64,000 bases of DNA from Pavona decussata (lineage: Eukaryota): positions 992,001-1,056,000 of the forward strand of contig CDRNST010000354.1 in NCBI GenBank assembly GCA_977016875.1, in the 5' to 3' direction. This document shows, in pieces, positions 63,804-64,000 of the stretch. The notes beneath the pieces were generated by a model. The model had not been told where the DNA came from. It saw only the letters and a list, made by a program, of their open reading frames with translations, and did not search any database. The first letter of the stretch is position 1. The number at the start of each line of letters is the position of its first letter. The position numbers were made by a program, and so were the translations under genes.

Positions 63804-64000
63804 CATAACATCACATAACCCCTTTGCTAAAAGATTTTCGCTGGCTACCAATCAGGCAACAACTTTATTTTCGTTTTGCTGTTCTGGTTTTTAAGTGCAT
63901 TACGAGATGTGCTCCGGAGTATTTGACATCTAAGCTCGTCAGAAGATCCACCGTCTCGACAAGGAATACCAGAAACTCTCAACTGTTGAACATACCACTC

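Overview
This is AT-rich, intron-containing animal DNA. Its short palindromic repeats and gene fragments resemble stony-coral (cnidarian) genomes, which is an inference. The window is almost entirely transposable elements and their remnants. I found no intact host gene, rRNA, tRNA or CRISPR array. The main structure is a four-level nest with target-site duplications (TSDs) readable at every level. A Mutator-like DDE transposase gene (4765-17061) is split by an L1/Tx1-type LINE (5376-16516, 13-bp TSD). The LINE is split by a complete 9.4-kb Kolobok DNA transposon (6529-15901, TTAA TSD). An intron of that Kolobok holds a 637-bp mini-Kolobok (10474-11110). The 9.4-kb Kolobok carries a 9-exon, phase-consistent gene fusing a DDE transposase to a DEDDh 3'-5' exonuclease with intact catalytic motifs. 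Other features are a Sola3-like element with ~0.6-kb TIRs, a DUF3987-like NTPase head-to-head with the Mutator-like gene, and an inverted OTU+CXC ORF. There is also an inverted pair of minimal hammerhead ribozymes (Penelope-type) inside a piggyBac relic. Remnants of CACTA, Academ/AcademH, THAP-Kolobok and Harbinger elements, a young CR1/L2-type LINE inside an Academ, many MITEs and an assembly gap (34197-34340) make up the rest. Family names come from recalled motifs, not database searches.
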